Shown here: positions 55,222-64,000 of the stretch, one piece after another | How the letters are laid out: each line of letters begins with the position of its first letter | Numbering within the stretch: the stretch's first letter is position 1 | Assembly: GCA_963716725.1 (NCBI GenBank) | Contig: CAVQUB010000008.1 | Coordinates: 1 to 64,000 of the forward strand | From: an uncultured delta proteobacterium | Lineage (GTDB): Bacteria > Myxococcota_A > Polyangia > Polyangiales > Polyangiaceae | Reading direction: 5' to 3' | Length of the DNA: 64,000 bases | Notes under the pieces: model-generated | Told to the model about the DNA's origin: nothing | Seen by the model: only the letters and a program-made list of their open reading frames with translations | Database searches by the model: none | Position numbers and translations under genes: made by a program

Positions 55222-57867
55222 ATGTCATTGGCAATCAACGGCGCGCTTTCGGGCTTGGCCCTGGGCATTGTCCTGCTCGTCGCGAGCGGCTGTGCTTGCG
55301 GCTCGAGCGACGACGCCAAAGGTTCCAGCGGAGGAAGCTCCGGCGCTGGCGGCTCCGGCGGCTCCGGCGGCGCGGCGGGAGGCGGCGCGACGGGCGGGAT
55401 CGCGGGCAGCGACGGCGGCGGTGGCGCGAGCGCGTGCGAGCCGAACGTCACCGAGAAATGCGATCCATGCAGCGGCGGCATCGGCTCGCGGCGCTGCGCG
55501 GCGGACGGCAGCGGCTGGTCAGCGTGCGAATGCGAGACCTACGGCACCGAGATCGCCGTCAGCCCGAAGGGCAGCGACTCCGCCGCCGGCACCCTGGCCG
55601 CACCCTTTCAGACCCTCGGCCGCGCCAAGCAGAGGGTCGGAGAGCTGGTCCTCTCCGGGCTACCCGCTGGCGGCGTCGTCGTCTGGCTCCGCGACGGGGT
55701 GTACTCGCTGACCGACACCCTGACGCTGGGCGCGAAGGAGTCCGGCAGCGACGGCAAACCGGTGGTGTGGCGTGGCTACCCGGGCGAGCGCCCTCGCTTG
55801 GTGGGCGGGGCGAGCGCTCCGCCCAGCGCCTTCAAGCCCATCACATCGAGCTCGCCGATTTACTCTCGCCTCGATCCGCCAGCGCAGGCGAAGGTGATGG
55901 AGGCGTCGCTCCCGGCGCTCGGCATCACGGACTACGGGGCGCTCACTCGGCGCGGATTCTGCGGCAGTGCGTCAAAGGGTCCCCTCGAGCTCTTTGTCGA
56001 CGGAACACCGATGACGCTCGCGCGCTGGCCCGACGCATCTCAAAGCGACGTGATCGTGGACGCCGAGCAGGCGGGCGCGGTCGACGCGTTCGGCTCGCCG
56101 ACGCCCAACGTCGCTGGGCACTATTCGAAGACAGGCTCGAAAGACGGCGTCAGCGCCTTTGCGCGCGATGGGCTGGTCGGCGGCCTGCAATATCAGCTGT
56201 ACCGGCTGACGTGGGACTACCAAAACAGCACCTACACAGCTTGGTTTCTGACCACCGACGCCTCGGGCTACCCGAGCGATACGCACCCCTGGTGGTCGCG
56301 CTACGACCAGAAGCTCGGTCCCATGAGCCCGTCCGCCGGAGCCTCCGGCAACGTCACCTTCCAAGACCCCGACGCCATCAACCATGGTTTTGCCAGCGTC
56401 GCCGAGGCGGTTTCGACCACGGTTTGGCGTTACTCCGGCGATCGCCCCTCGCGTTGGGCAGATCCGACCGACGTGTGGTTCCACGGCTTCTGGAAGTACG
56501 CGTGGGCCGATTGCCACGTGCCGACGGCCAAGATTGATCTCGGCACCAAGACCGTGACGCTCGGTGACTCGCCTGGTTATGGAGTCGCCGCCGAGCAGCC
56601 TTACTACGCCTACAACATGCCGGAAGAGCTCACGGTGCCGGGCGAGTACTGGATCGATCGAGCCACCGGCTCGCTCTATCTCTGGCCGCCGGACAAGTTC
56701 GCTGCCGCCGAGATCGTGGTCTCGCTGCTCGAGGCGCCCCTTGTCACGTTGAACGGTGCGACCCACGTGGGGTTGCGCGACCTCACCTTGGAAGCCGGTC
56801 GAGGTGAGCTCGTGCGAGTCACCGGCGGCTCTCACGATCAGCTGGTTGGGCTCACCCTGCGCAACGCCGGCACCAACGCCGGATCGATCTCCGGCAGCGA
56901 ACAGCTGGTCCGTTCCTGCAATGTGTACGGCACGGGCAATGGCGGTTTCTCGGTCTCGGGCGGCGATCGCCCGTCTCTGACCCAGGCCAAGAACGTCGTC
57001 GAGAACTCGCACTTTCACGGGCTTTCGCGCTGGGAGTGGACCTATCGTCCGGCCATTGGCCTCAGTGGGGACGGCAACGTTGCGCGCAACAACACCATCC
57101 ACGATCTGCCTCACTCGGCGATCCTCTACGGTGGCAACGAGCATCAGATAGAGCTGAACCACATCCACCACGTGTGTCAGTTTTCGAGCGACGCGGGCGC
57201 TATCTACGCCGGCCGTGACTGGGGCGCGCGCGGCAACGTGATCCGCCACAACTTCATCCACGACCTCAGCACCTGGTTCGAGGGCTACGGCGTCCAGGGC
57301 ATCTACCTCGACGACTGCCTGAGCGGAGTTCGGGTCGAGGGCAACGTGCTCTACAAGATCTCCGGCTACGGTATCCAGCACGGGGGCGGGCGCGACAACA
57401 TTTTGCGCAACAACATCATGGCAAAATGCGGCGGGGCACTCACCGCTGATAGCCGCTGCATGACCTGGCTCCCGAACGGCGAGCCCAACGACAAGCCCGG
57501 CGACAGCTGGAACCTGCTCGAGAAGCTGAACGCTGTCGGCTACCAGAAGGAGCCGTGGGCCTCGCGCTTCCCCGAGTGCGCGGCCATCCCCAACGATTGG
57601 ACCGCCATCAGCTCGCCGCCCTCGCACTGGCTCTTGCCCGAAGGGTCCGAGCTGACGCGCAATCTAGGGTTCGGCAACGGCAAGTGGGCCAGCGCGTCGA
57701 GTCAGACTCTGGCGGCTTACGCCAAGAACGCAGACAACCTGGAAGACACGGACCCGCTCTTCGTGGACGAGGCCAAGTTGAACCTCGATCTCATGCCGAA
57801 CTCGCCGGCGTACGCGATCCCGGGCTTCGAGAAGATCCCCTTCGCGAGCATCGGCATCACGCCCTGA
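55222..57867 (+). CDS. Exported right-handed beta-helix protein (GH141-like)
   Basis: GSDSAAGTLAAPFQT, WLRDGVY, LARWP, EELTVPGEYW, DAGAIY, GIYLDD. Confidence 0.8.
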   Translation: MSLAINGALSGLALGIVLLVASGCACGSSDDAKGSSGGSSGAGGSGGSGGAAGGGATGGIAGSDGGGGASACEPNVTEKCDPCSGGIGSRRCAADGSGWSACECETYGTEIAVSPKGSDSAAGTLAAPFQTLGRAKQRVGELVLSGLPAGGVVVWLRDGVYSLTDTLTLGAKESGSDGKPVVWRGYPGERPRLVGGASAPPSAFKPITSSSPIYSRLDPPAQAKVMEASLPALGITDYGALTRRGFCGSASKGPLELFVDGTPMTLARWPDASQSDVIVDAEQAGAVDAFGSPTPNVAGHYSKTGSKDGVSAFARDGLVGGLQYQLYRLTWDYQNSTYTAWFLTTDASGYPSDTHPWWSRYDQKLGPMSPSAGASGNVTFQDPDAINHGFASVAEAVSTTVWRYSGDRPSRWADPTDVWFHGFWKYAWADCHVPTAKIDLGTKTVTLGDSPGYGVAAEQPYYAYNMPEELTVPGEYWIDRATGSLYLWPPDKFAAAEIVVSLLEAPLVTLNGATHVGLRDLTLEAGRGELVRVTGGSHDQLVGLTLRNAGTNAGSISGSEQLVRSCNVYGTGNGGFSVSGGDRPSLTQAKNVVENSHFHGLSRWEWTYRPAIGLSGDGNVARNNTIHDLPHSAILYGGNEHQIELNHIHHVCQFSSDAGAIYAGRDWGARGNVIRHNFIHDLSTWFEGYGVQGIYLDDCLSGVRVEGNVLYKISGYGIQHGGGRDNILRNNIMAKCGGALTADSRCMTWLPNGEPNDKPGDSWNLLEKLNAVGYQKEPWASRFPECAAIPNDWTAISSPPSHWLLPEGSELTRNLGFGNGKWASASSQTLAAYAKNADNLEDTDPLFVDEAKLNLDLMPNSPAYAIPGFEKIPFASIGITP

Positions 57868-57888
57868 CAGCGCTCAGAGCGGGCGCCG

Positions 57889-58752
57889 CTACTGCTTGAT
57901 GAACTCCGCGGTCTCCGTGTCACCCGCCTTGCATCCGGCGAGCTTCTGCAAGGTGACCTGTGCGAGGAACGTCGCATCGAGCACCCGGGTTCCCGTGAAC
58001 GACTTCCCGTTCTGCGTCAGGTTGAACGTGTCGATGAGGCTCGCCTGGTTGCCCGACGTGCACTTTGCCGCGGCGCATGTGGCGCTGCACGTGTAGCTGG
58101 TCGCCGTCGTGGAGGTGACCACACCGCAGCTCGGATACGCGACCGTGAAAGCCGTGGTGCGCGTGCACGCGGGAGTGCCCGAATAGGAGACGTTGACGAC
58201 GCCCGCGGTACCCGAGAAGGTTTCCTCGACCGAGGCGATGCCCAGGCTGATCGCGTACGCGCGGATGTCGGTGGTGCCGCAGGTCCAGATCCCCCACGTG
58301 TAGTTGCCGTCCAGGTACGTCGCACAGCCGCTGTCGGCTTGCGCGTCGGGCGCGGCATCAGCGGCAGCGTCCACAGCGGAGTCAGCGGCAGCGTCCACAG
58401 CGGAGTCAGCGGCAGCGTCCACAGCGGAGTCAGCGGCAGCGTCCACAGCGGAGTCAGCGGCAGCGTCCACGGCGGAGTCAGCGGCAGCGTCCACGGCGGA
58501 GTCAGCGGCAGCGTCCACGGCGGAGTCAGCGGCAGCGTCCACAGCGGAGTCAGCGGCAGCGTCCACAGCGGAGTCAGCGGCAGCGTCCACGGCGGAGTCA
58601 GCGGCAGCGTCTGCGGAAGAATCGGCGCCCGCGTCCGCTGGCTTGCCGGGACTTCCCGAGTCGTCGTCACCGCAAGCAACGACGCACGCGGACGGCACCA
58701 GGATCAATGCCGCCGCGCCAACTACCCACGATCGCGTCCAAGGGTGACTCAT
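57889..58752 (-). CDS. Lipoprotein with (DAAADSAV)n linker and lipocalin-like beta domain
   Basis: Lipobox VVAC-GDDD; repeat region; C-terminal beta-rich domain with Cys. Confidence 0.75.
   Translation of the reverse strand: MSHPWTRSWVVGAAALILVPSACVVACGDDDSGSPGKPADAGADSSADAAADSAVDAAADSAVDAAADSAVDAAADSAVDAAADSAVDAAADSAVDAAADSAVDAAADSAVDAAADSAVDAAADSAVDAAADAAPDAQADSGCATYLDGNYTWGIWTCGTTDIRAYAISLGIASVEETFSGTAGVVNVSYSGTPACTRTTAFTVAYPSCGVVTSTTATSYTCSATCAAAKCTSGNQASLIDTFNLTQNGKSFTGTRVLDATFLAQVTLQKLAGCKAGDTETAEFIKQ
58358..58611. repeat. 24-bp coding tandem repeat, about 10 copies
   Basis: (tcagcggcagcgtccacRgcggag)n read directly. Confidence 0.92.
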
Positions 58753-58956
58753 ATGACTTTCTGCCTCGGCGACCGGCTGAGTCGAAGGAACCCGCGCGGC
58801 GCGATCTCGGCGATCGTGGAGTAGACGTCACCTGCTCGCGTTCAGCAATGAAAAAGGGCGGCTCCTCCGCCTCGCCATCGGGCGAGCACCTTCGAGACTC
58901 AGGCGCATCCACGCTGACGGAGGCGGCCGTTGCCTGAACGCTACCGCCTTGGGTGA

Positions 58957-59976
58957 TCAGAGCGGCGCGAGGGCGGCGCCGTAGATCTTGAAGTCGTCGA
59001 TGATGCCGTTGGCCGGGGTCGCGTCGTTCGCACCGAGGGCTCCAAGGAAAATCGAGCCCGCGGTCGAGATGCCGCTCATGCTGAGCGGGTACTTGGCCGG
59101 GCCTTCGGCGAACTTCTTTGCCTCGACCTTGTCGAGCCAGATCCGAACCGCCGGCGCGCCCGGGGGCGAGGTGTTCGACGACCACGCGATGGTGATCCGA
59201 ATCAGTGACCCAACCTTGAAAGCGTAGTCGCTGGGGCCGATACTGGTCGGGTGAGCGATCAAACTCGAGTTGACGAGCGTGAACTGAAGCAGGTTCGACG
59301 CGGTCTTGGTGAGCTTGATGCCACCCTTGCTGTCGACGTCGCCCGTAGCAAATAGGTTGTGGACCAGACCGTCGGTGTGAAGGTCGTCCGGCATGTACCA
59401 AAAATCGATGGTGCCGGCGTTGAGGTTGAGGTTCGGCGCCATCGGGTACTCGACGTGCTCGGCTCCCGCATCGATGAGCAGCCCGTTGCCACACTGCGCG
59501 GACTTGAAGTCGTCGTCCGGAACGGCCGTTCCAGGCCCAGCGCCCTTCATGGGGTTCTTGATTTCAGCCGCGTTGTCGAGGGTCGTGTAGAGCTTGATGG
59601 GCAGGCCGCTCACGAAGCCGCAAGCCGGCCACACCATGGCGCCGCCAGAGCCGCCAGAGCCGCCACTGCCACCACTGCCACCACTGCCACCACCCGACCC
59701 GCCGATGTTGCCGCCGCCGCCCCCCGTGTTGCTGCCACCACTGCCGCCCGCGCTCGTTCCGCCCGCGCTCGTTCCGCCCGCGCTCGTTCCGCCCGCGCTC
59801 GTTCCGCCCGCGCTCGTTCCGCCCGCGCTCGTTCCGCCCGCGCTCGTTCCGCCGCTATTCGATCCCGCTGCGCCGCTACTCGCCCCCGTCCCGCCCTCGC
59901 TCTTGAACTCACTGCCGCTACAGCCCACCGCGAGTGCAACGAGCCCAACGCAAGGTCCGTACGTTCGCCAAGACAT
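58957..59976 (-). CDS. Lipoprotein with Gly-rich linker and LamG/ConA-like jelly-roll domain
   Basis: Lipobox AVGC; (GGTSA)x7 at about 59745-59850; AGTIDFW…ANGIIDDFKIY. Confidence 0.8.
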   Translation of the reverse strand: MSWRTYGPCVGLVALAVGCSGSEFKSEGGTGASSGAAGSNSGGTSAGGTSAGGTSAGGTSAGGTSAGGTSAGGTSAGGSGGSNTGGGGGNIGGSGGGSGGSGGSGGSGGSGGAMVWPACGFVSGLPIKLYTTLDNAAEIKNPMKGAGPGTAVPDDDFKSAQCGNGLLIDAGAEHVEYPMAPNLNLNAGTIDFWYMPDDLHTDGLVHNLFATGDVDSKGGIKLTKTASNLLQFTLVNSSLIAHPTSIGPSDYAFKVGSLIRITIAWSSNTSPPGAPAVRIWLDKVEAKKFAEGPAKYPLSMSGISTAGSIFLGALGANDATPANGIIDDFKIYGAALAPL

Positions 59977-60102
59977 TCGGACGATGCTAGCAGGATCTCA
60001 GCCTGGGGACCGTCGGTTTGCTACTCCGGGCGCACCCTGCGGCGCCCGACGGCGGGCGTTCGCGCCGCCCGCGCATCCTTGGGCAGGGCACTGACTGCCA
60101 GG

Positions 60103-60411
60103 GTGATCGAGCCCGCTCCCGCCGACCATCCCAGTGCGTTGTTGTCGAGGCCTTCGGTTATCATCCAAAAGCGCGTCGAGCTCGTCACCGAAAAGGGCAC
60201 GGTTGCCGCGACGGTCGTGTTCATCGGCTGCGATGGCGATCGTGACTGTCTCGGAGTCGAGCTGAGACCCGACACCACCGTGGCGACACCGGCCCATGAC
60301 GCCCTCGGATACCTCTTCGGGTGCGGCACGGAGGGCGACGAGCTGCGCTGCACCGACCTCGGCAAGGCGCGCAAGTTCTATCGCTACCCCAAGGAGGACG
60401 GAGGCACCTGA
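60103..60411 (+). CDS. Short hypothetical protein or gene remnant
   Basis: Coding-like third-position GC from about 60170; four Cys; no clear start signal. Confidence 0.35.
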   Translation: MIEPAPADHPSALLSRPSVIIQKRVELVTEKGTVAATVVFIGCDGDRDCLGVELRPDTTVATPAHDALGYLFGCGTEGDELRCTDLGKARKFYRYPKEDGGT

Positions 60412-60530
60412 ACCCGGTCGGCGGGTGCTGCGCTGGCTCTCACGCAGCGGTGCCGGGCGAAGGGCGGCGGCGCAGCGACGGATCGCTTTGTCCGTCGCGG
60501 AAACGAGCGGAACGGAGTACGGAGGCGGCA

Positions 60531-61160
60531 ATGAACCGAAAGCTCTCGACGGCGATCGTCACCGTCACCGTCGCGCTCGGATTGGCGGTGGCGTGCGCGG
60601 CCGAGCGCGCGAGCTCCGGCCCCGGCGGTTCTCCGCCGGATCCAGCCCCCTCGCCGTCGTCAGCCCTGATCGGCTCCGGCACTGCCGACGCGAGCGCGGA
60701 CGCGGTCGCAAACGCGGTCGCAGATGCGAGCCCCGTCGACGCAGGCGCGACCGACCCCGCCGCCGTCGACGCGGCTACGGATTCACCAGAAGCGTCCACT
60801 CGCGACGCCGCGGCTGGGGCCGATGCTTCCGGCTGGGTGCAACCGCCGCTGGTCTTGAGGGGTGTGCGACGGTGCACGGCGGACGAGGATCGGGAAGACG
60901 TCTGCGCGGAGGGAGAGAAGCGCGGACTGTGTCTCGACAGCTACTGCGTGACGGCCTCCACTTGCAACCGGTACTGCACGGCGTCGGGAGCCAGCACCGC
61001 GGCCGTATGTCGGACCGATCCGAAGGAGTGCGGCGGAGTACGCGAGTGCCTGAAAGTGATCCAAGAAACCAACGTGCAATGCGAGCAATTCCGACGTCAG
61101 CTGATCCGCGACTGCGTCGCGACAATATGCCCCGCGATCCGAACCCTCGGACCGCGGTGA
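60531..61160 (+). CDS. Cys-rich hypothetical lipoprotein
   Basis: RBS GGAGG; lipobox AVAC; Ala/Asp linker; Cys-rich C-terminus. Confidence 0.7.
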   Translation: MNRKLSTAIVTVTVALGLAVACAAERASSGPGGSPPDPAPSPSSALIGSGTADASADAVANAVADASPVDAGATDPAAVDAATDSPEASTRDAAAGADASGWVQPPLVLRGVRRCTADEDREDVCAEGEKRGLCLDSYCVTASTCNRYCTASGASTAAVCRTDPKECGGVRECLKVIQETNVQCEQFRRQLIRDCVATICPAIRTLGPR

Positions 61161-61187
61161 GCCGATTCAGCGCGTGCCATGCCTCGC

Positions 61188-62216
61188 TCAGTCGGGCACC
61201 AGTACCAGCTTGCCGACGGTGCTGCCGGACTCGATGGCGGCGTGCGCCTCGCCGACGCATGACATGGGGAACACACGCACCTCGTGGGGGCGGATCTTGC
61301 CGAGCCAACCGATGAGATCGCGCATGCCGTCCACCAAGAACTCTGGACGATCGAAGAGGTACGACAGATTGAAGGCCATCACGCTGCGGTTCTGCTCCGT
61401 CAGCGCCAGCGGGTTGAAGCGCGGCGTGCGCAGCCAGTCCACGGCCAGCTTGCCGTAGTGCGGCTTGCCGCCGCTCTTGGGCATCATGGTGTGAAAGCCG
61501 TAGATCACCAGGCGCCCGCTCGGCCGTACGTGACGGTAGCTCTCGCCGAGCGTCTCGATGCCGTTGGCATCGAGCACCACGTCGTAGCCCTCGGGAGCGA
61601 AGCGCTCGGCTGTCGGCCACAGATCGACGCTGCTCTTGTCGATCACTTCCGTCGCGCCATGGCCGCGTGCCGCCTCGACCTTGTGGGAGCTGCCCACGAC
61701 CCCGACCACGTCGCAGCCCTGGACTCGCGCGATCTGCGTGAGCGCGCCGCCCACCCCGCCCGCCGCCGAGTGCACCAGGATCTTCATGCCGGACCGCAGC
61801 CGGCAGAGCTCCATCAGCGCGTAGTGCGCGGTCAGGAACACCGCAGGGAAGCCCGCGGCCAGGGTCGCCTCCATCTCGGGCGGCCGCGCGAAGACCTGGA
61901 CCTCGGGCACCACCACCTGAGTGGCGTAGCCGTCGAAGCGAGTGATGCCGATGACCTCGCTGCCGACGGCGGGTCCCGACGCGCCGTCGCCCAGGCGCTT
62001 GACGCGGCCCGCGACCTCGAAGCCCGGCGTGATGGGCCAGCCGACGTACTTCTTGGCCGACGAGTACAGGCCCATGCGCACGATGCAGTCGGCGTAGTTC
62101 ACGCCCATGGCGTCGACGTCAATCAGGACCTCGCCAGGGCCGGGCTCGAGATCGGCGTGCTCTTCGATGCGCAGCTTGTCGTAGGAACCTGCGCGATGAA
62201 CGACGACCTTTTTCAC
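61188..62216 (-). CDS. MDR-family NADPH:quinone oxidoreductase (VAT-1-like)
   Basis: GVNYAD, TPGFEVAG, LVHSAAGGVG, GKLVL. Confidence 0.9.
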   Translation of the reverse strand: MKKVVVHRAGSYDKLRIEEHADLEPGPGEVLIDVDAMGVNYADCIVRMGLYSSAKKYVGWPITPGFEVAGRVKRLGDGASGPAVGSEVIGITRFDGYATQVVVPEVQVFARPPEMEATLAAGFPAVFLTAHYALMELCRLRSGMKILVHSAAGGVGGALTQIARVQGCDVVGVVGSSHKVEAARGHGATEVIDKSSVDLWPTAERFAPEGYDVVLDANGIETLGESYRHVRPSGRLVIYGFHTMMPKSGGKPHYGKLAVDWLRTPRFNPLALTEQNRSVMAFNLSYLFDRPEFLVDGMRDLIGWLGKIRPHEVRVFPMSCVGEAHAAIESGSTVGKLVLVPD

Positions 62217-62255
62217 GACGTCGTGCCTAACACGGCGCGAAGCGCTCGTGTCGTC

Positions 62256-63450
62256 TCAACGTGGGATCGCCGCCAGCGCGGGCGCGCTCGCGGTCGTCTG
62301 ACGCACTGCGAGCACCGTCATGCTGCTCGAAGAGCTCGGCGCGTGCAGCACAGCGACGGATCCAAGTTCCTGCTTCTGGGGCCCGGACGATCCGTCCAGC
62401 GCGGCACGAAAGAGCGTGCTCTTGCCCTCCCAGCGCACCACCCACTCCGCGACCCCAGCCCGCGCCGTCGGGCGCACGGCCTGCTCGGACTGCACTTGGG
62501 TGAGCTTCGTGCCCGTCGCCGTTGGGCTCGCGAGCGGCACGGCCCAGATGGCATATTCCTGCAGCTTGGGCACCGGGTGCACGCCGACCCACTCGAGGTA
62601 GCTCAAGGTCCCGCTCGATCCGAGCATCGGGAAGGCTTGCTTGCCGCTGGCGCTCCGCAGGGTTGCCGTGTTCGTCGCGCGATCGACGACGATGACGTCC
62701 GCGAGGGTGGTCCCGTCGCCGGAGTAGATGCCGCTGGGATCTTCCGAGAAGTCACTGAGCGCAACATGGGTCAGTGACACGTCGGCGAAGCGCTGCTGCC
62801 CCTTTCCCCCGGACACGAGCTGCGTCGACTGATCGCTCAGCTTATAGAGGAACACGTCGGTGTCGGAGTCCGCCGTCGCGCCGAGCCAGCCGGTGAAGAC
62901 CACGGCATCGGTCGTGGCCCGCGGCTCACCCGACTGGACGAAGGAGCCGCTGAGCGTGGTGGTCACGCCGGCGTGGCGTATCCGCACCGCGGTCGACCCC
63001 GCAGCGCCGGTTTCCCACGCCAGCACGTCGCCGGCGAGGCTGGGGCGACGGGGGACTGCCAGCCGCGCTCTCGACGCTGGTCTCGCTGCCCGTGGCGAGA
63101 TCGCGCACCACCAGCGCTTTGCTCTTGGCCGAGACGTAGGCGAGCGTGCAGCCGTCGACGGTGTACGAAGGAAAGCCATCGAGATCGACCTCGGCGACCT
63201 CGATGCCCCTGGCTTGGGCCAGGCAGTCGGGCCCGCCTCCGCCTCCGCCCTTGCCGCTGGTGCCCGCGCTGCCCCCGCTGGTGGTGCCGCCAGTTCCGCC
63301 GCTTGCGGTTCCGCCGCTGCCCCCGCTGGGCGCGCCGCCAGTGGCGCCGCTGCCGCCGGCTCCGCCTCCGCTCGCCGCGCCCGGCGTTGTCTCGTCCGCC
63401 CCACACGAGAACGCAAGCACGGCAAGCATCACAATCGCCAGGCGCGTCAT
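62256..63450 (-). CDS. Lipoprotein with Gly-rich linker and TolB-like beta-propeller; one frameshift near 63052
   Basis: Lipobox AFSC in ORF 62926..63456; continues as RRPSLAGDVLAWE in ORF 62256..63425; shift falls at a G run. Confidence 0.7.
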
Positions 63451-63452
63451 GT

Positions 63453-64000
63453 TCACCCTCCAGAGACCTTGGGCGAACGCATGCCCAAACGAACCATCTT
63501 CTTCTTGAGGCCGTGCCGGGTGATGCGCAAGCGCTCCGCCGCCCGCGTGATGTTTCCGCCCTCTCGCTCCAGGGCTGCGCGGACCTCGTCCCGCTCGGCA
63601 TCGGGGCCCGCCGCCTTCTTGTTGGGCGCGAGTGATATCCTTGGTGCCGGCGCCTCTTTGAACGCCGCCCGCACCTCCCTCGCCAGGTGCTCGAGCTCGA
63701 TACGCGGCACGCCCAGGGCCGCCACTCGCTGCATCTGATGCTCGAGCTCACGCACGTTGCCGGGCCACCGATGCGAGACGAGGGCGCGGGCTGTGCGCGG
63801 CGTGAGCGTGCTCTTCGACCCCGCCGTCTCGAGCACGCGTTCGGCGATTGTCAGGATGTCTTCCGGTCGCTCGCGCAGCGGCGGCACGCGGACCTCGAGC
63901 ACGTTGAGGCGATACAAGAGATCGCGGCGGAAGCCGCCGGTTTCGACCTCGTGCTCGAGATCGCGGTTGGTCGCGGCGATCACCCGAACGTCGAAGGGCT
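63453..64000 (-). CDS. Partial sigma-54 enhancer-binding protein (C-terminal AAA+ and Fis HTH)
   Basis: IAATNRDL, FRRDLLYRLNV, WPGNVREL, GNITRAAERL. Confidence 0.92.
   Translation of the reverse strand, partial: PFDVRVIAATNRDLEHEVETGGFRRDLLYRLNVLEVRVPPLRERPEDILTIAERVLETAGSKSTLTPRTARALVSHRWPGNVRELEHQMQRVAALGVPRIELEHLAREVRAAFKEAPAPRISLAPNKKAAGPDAERDEVRAALEREGGNITRAAERLRITRHGLKKKMVRLGMRSPKVSGG

Noticed and set aside
58358..58611. 24-bp and other regular repeats as a CRISPR array
   Set aside because: Units are contiguous with no unique spacers, lie in frame within lipoprotein genes, and no cas genes are present
58753..58956. Structured ncRNA in the larger intergenic gaps (also 25030..25257 and 59977..60100)
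   Set aside because: Only generic GC-rich hairpins and no recognisable family motif; an Rfam/Infernal scan would be needed
63045..63060. Phase variation at the G run in the propeller lipoprotein
   Set aside because: The run is only about 5 nt; a homopolymer sequencing error is more likely

Overview
High-GC (roughly 70% by eye) bacterial DNA. Gene content points to Myxococcota, probably Polyangiales: three Ser/Thr kinases, two sigma-54 activators, two ECF sigma/anti-sigma pairs, a TPR/PEGA protein, GspC, PilZ and many Cys-rich lipoproteins with Gly-rich tandem-repeat linkers. A housekeeping core (ribE-ribBX-ribH-nusB, alr, rne/rng, recX, ettA) alternates with accessory signalling and cell-surface loci. 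I saw no rRNA, tRNA, CRISPR array, transposase or integrase. Two patches (about 20.8-22.2 kb and 30.7-31.15 kb) carry dense single-base indels that look like long-read consensus errors. Most notable observations: (1) a Ser/Thr kinase apparently fused to ExbB/TolQ-like and ExbD/TolR-like modules, coupled to a sigma-54 activator and followed by a stand-alone mini-ExbB gene behind a sigma-54-type promoter; (2) a 2.7 kb cassette between 100-bp direct repeats; (3) a kinase-TPR/PEGA-tandem lipoprotein cassette; (4) an internally deleted saccharopine dehydrogenase-like gene; (5) an unlisted 36-aa basic ORF; (6) several catalytic-motif variants (RibBX, Asp-less receiver, CX4CH haem motif, GAHSTA loop). 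All calls come from reading motifs by eye; no searches were run.
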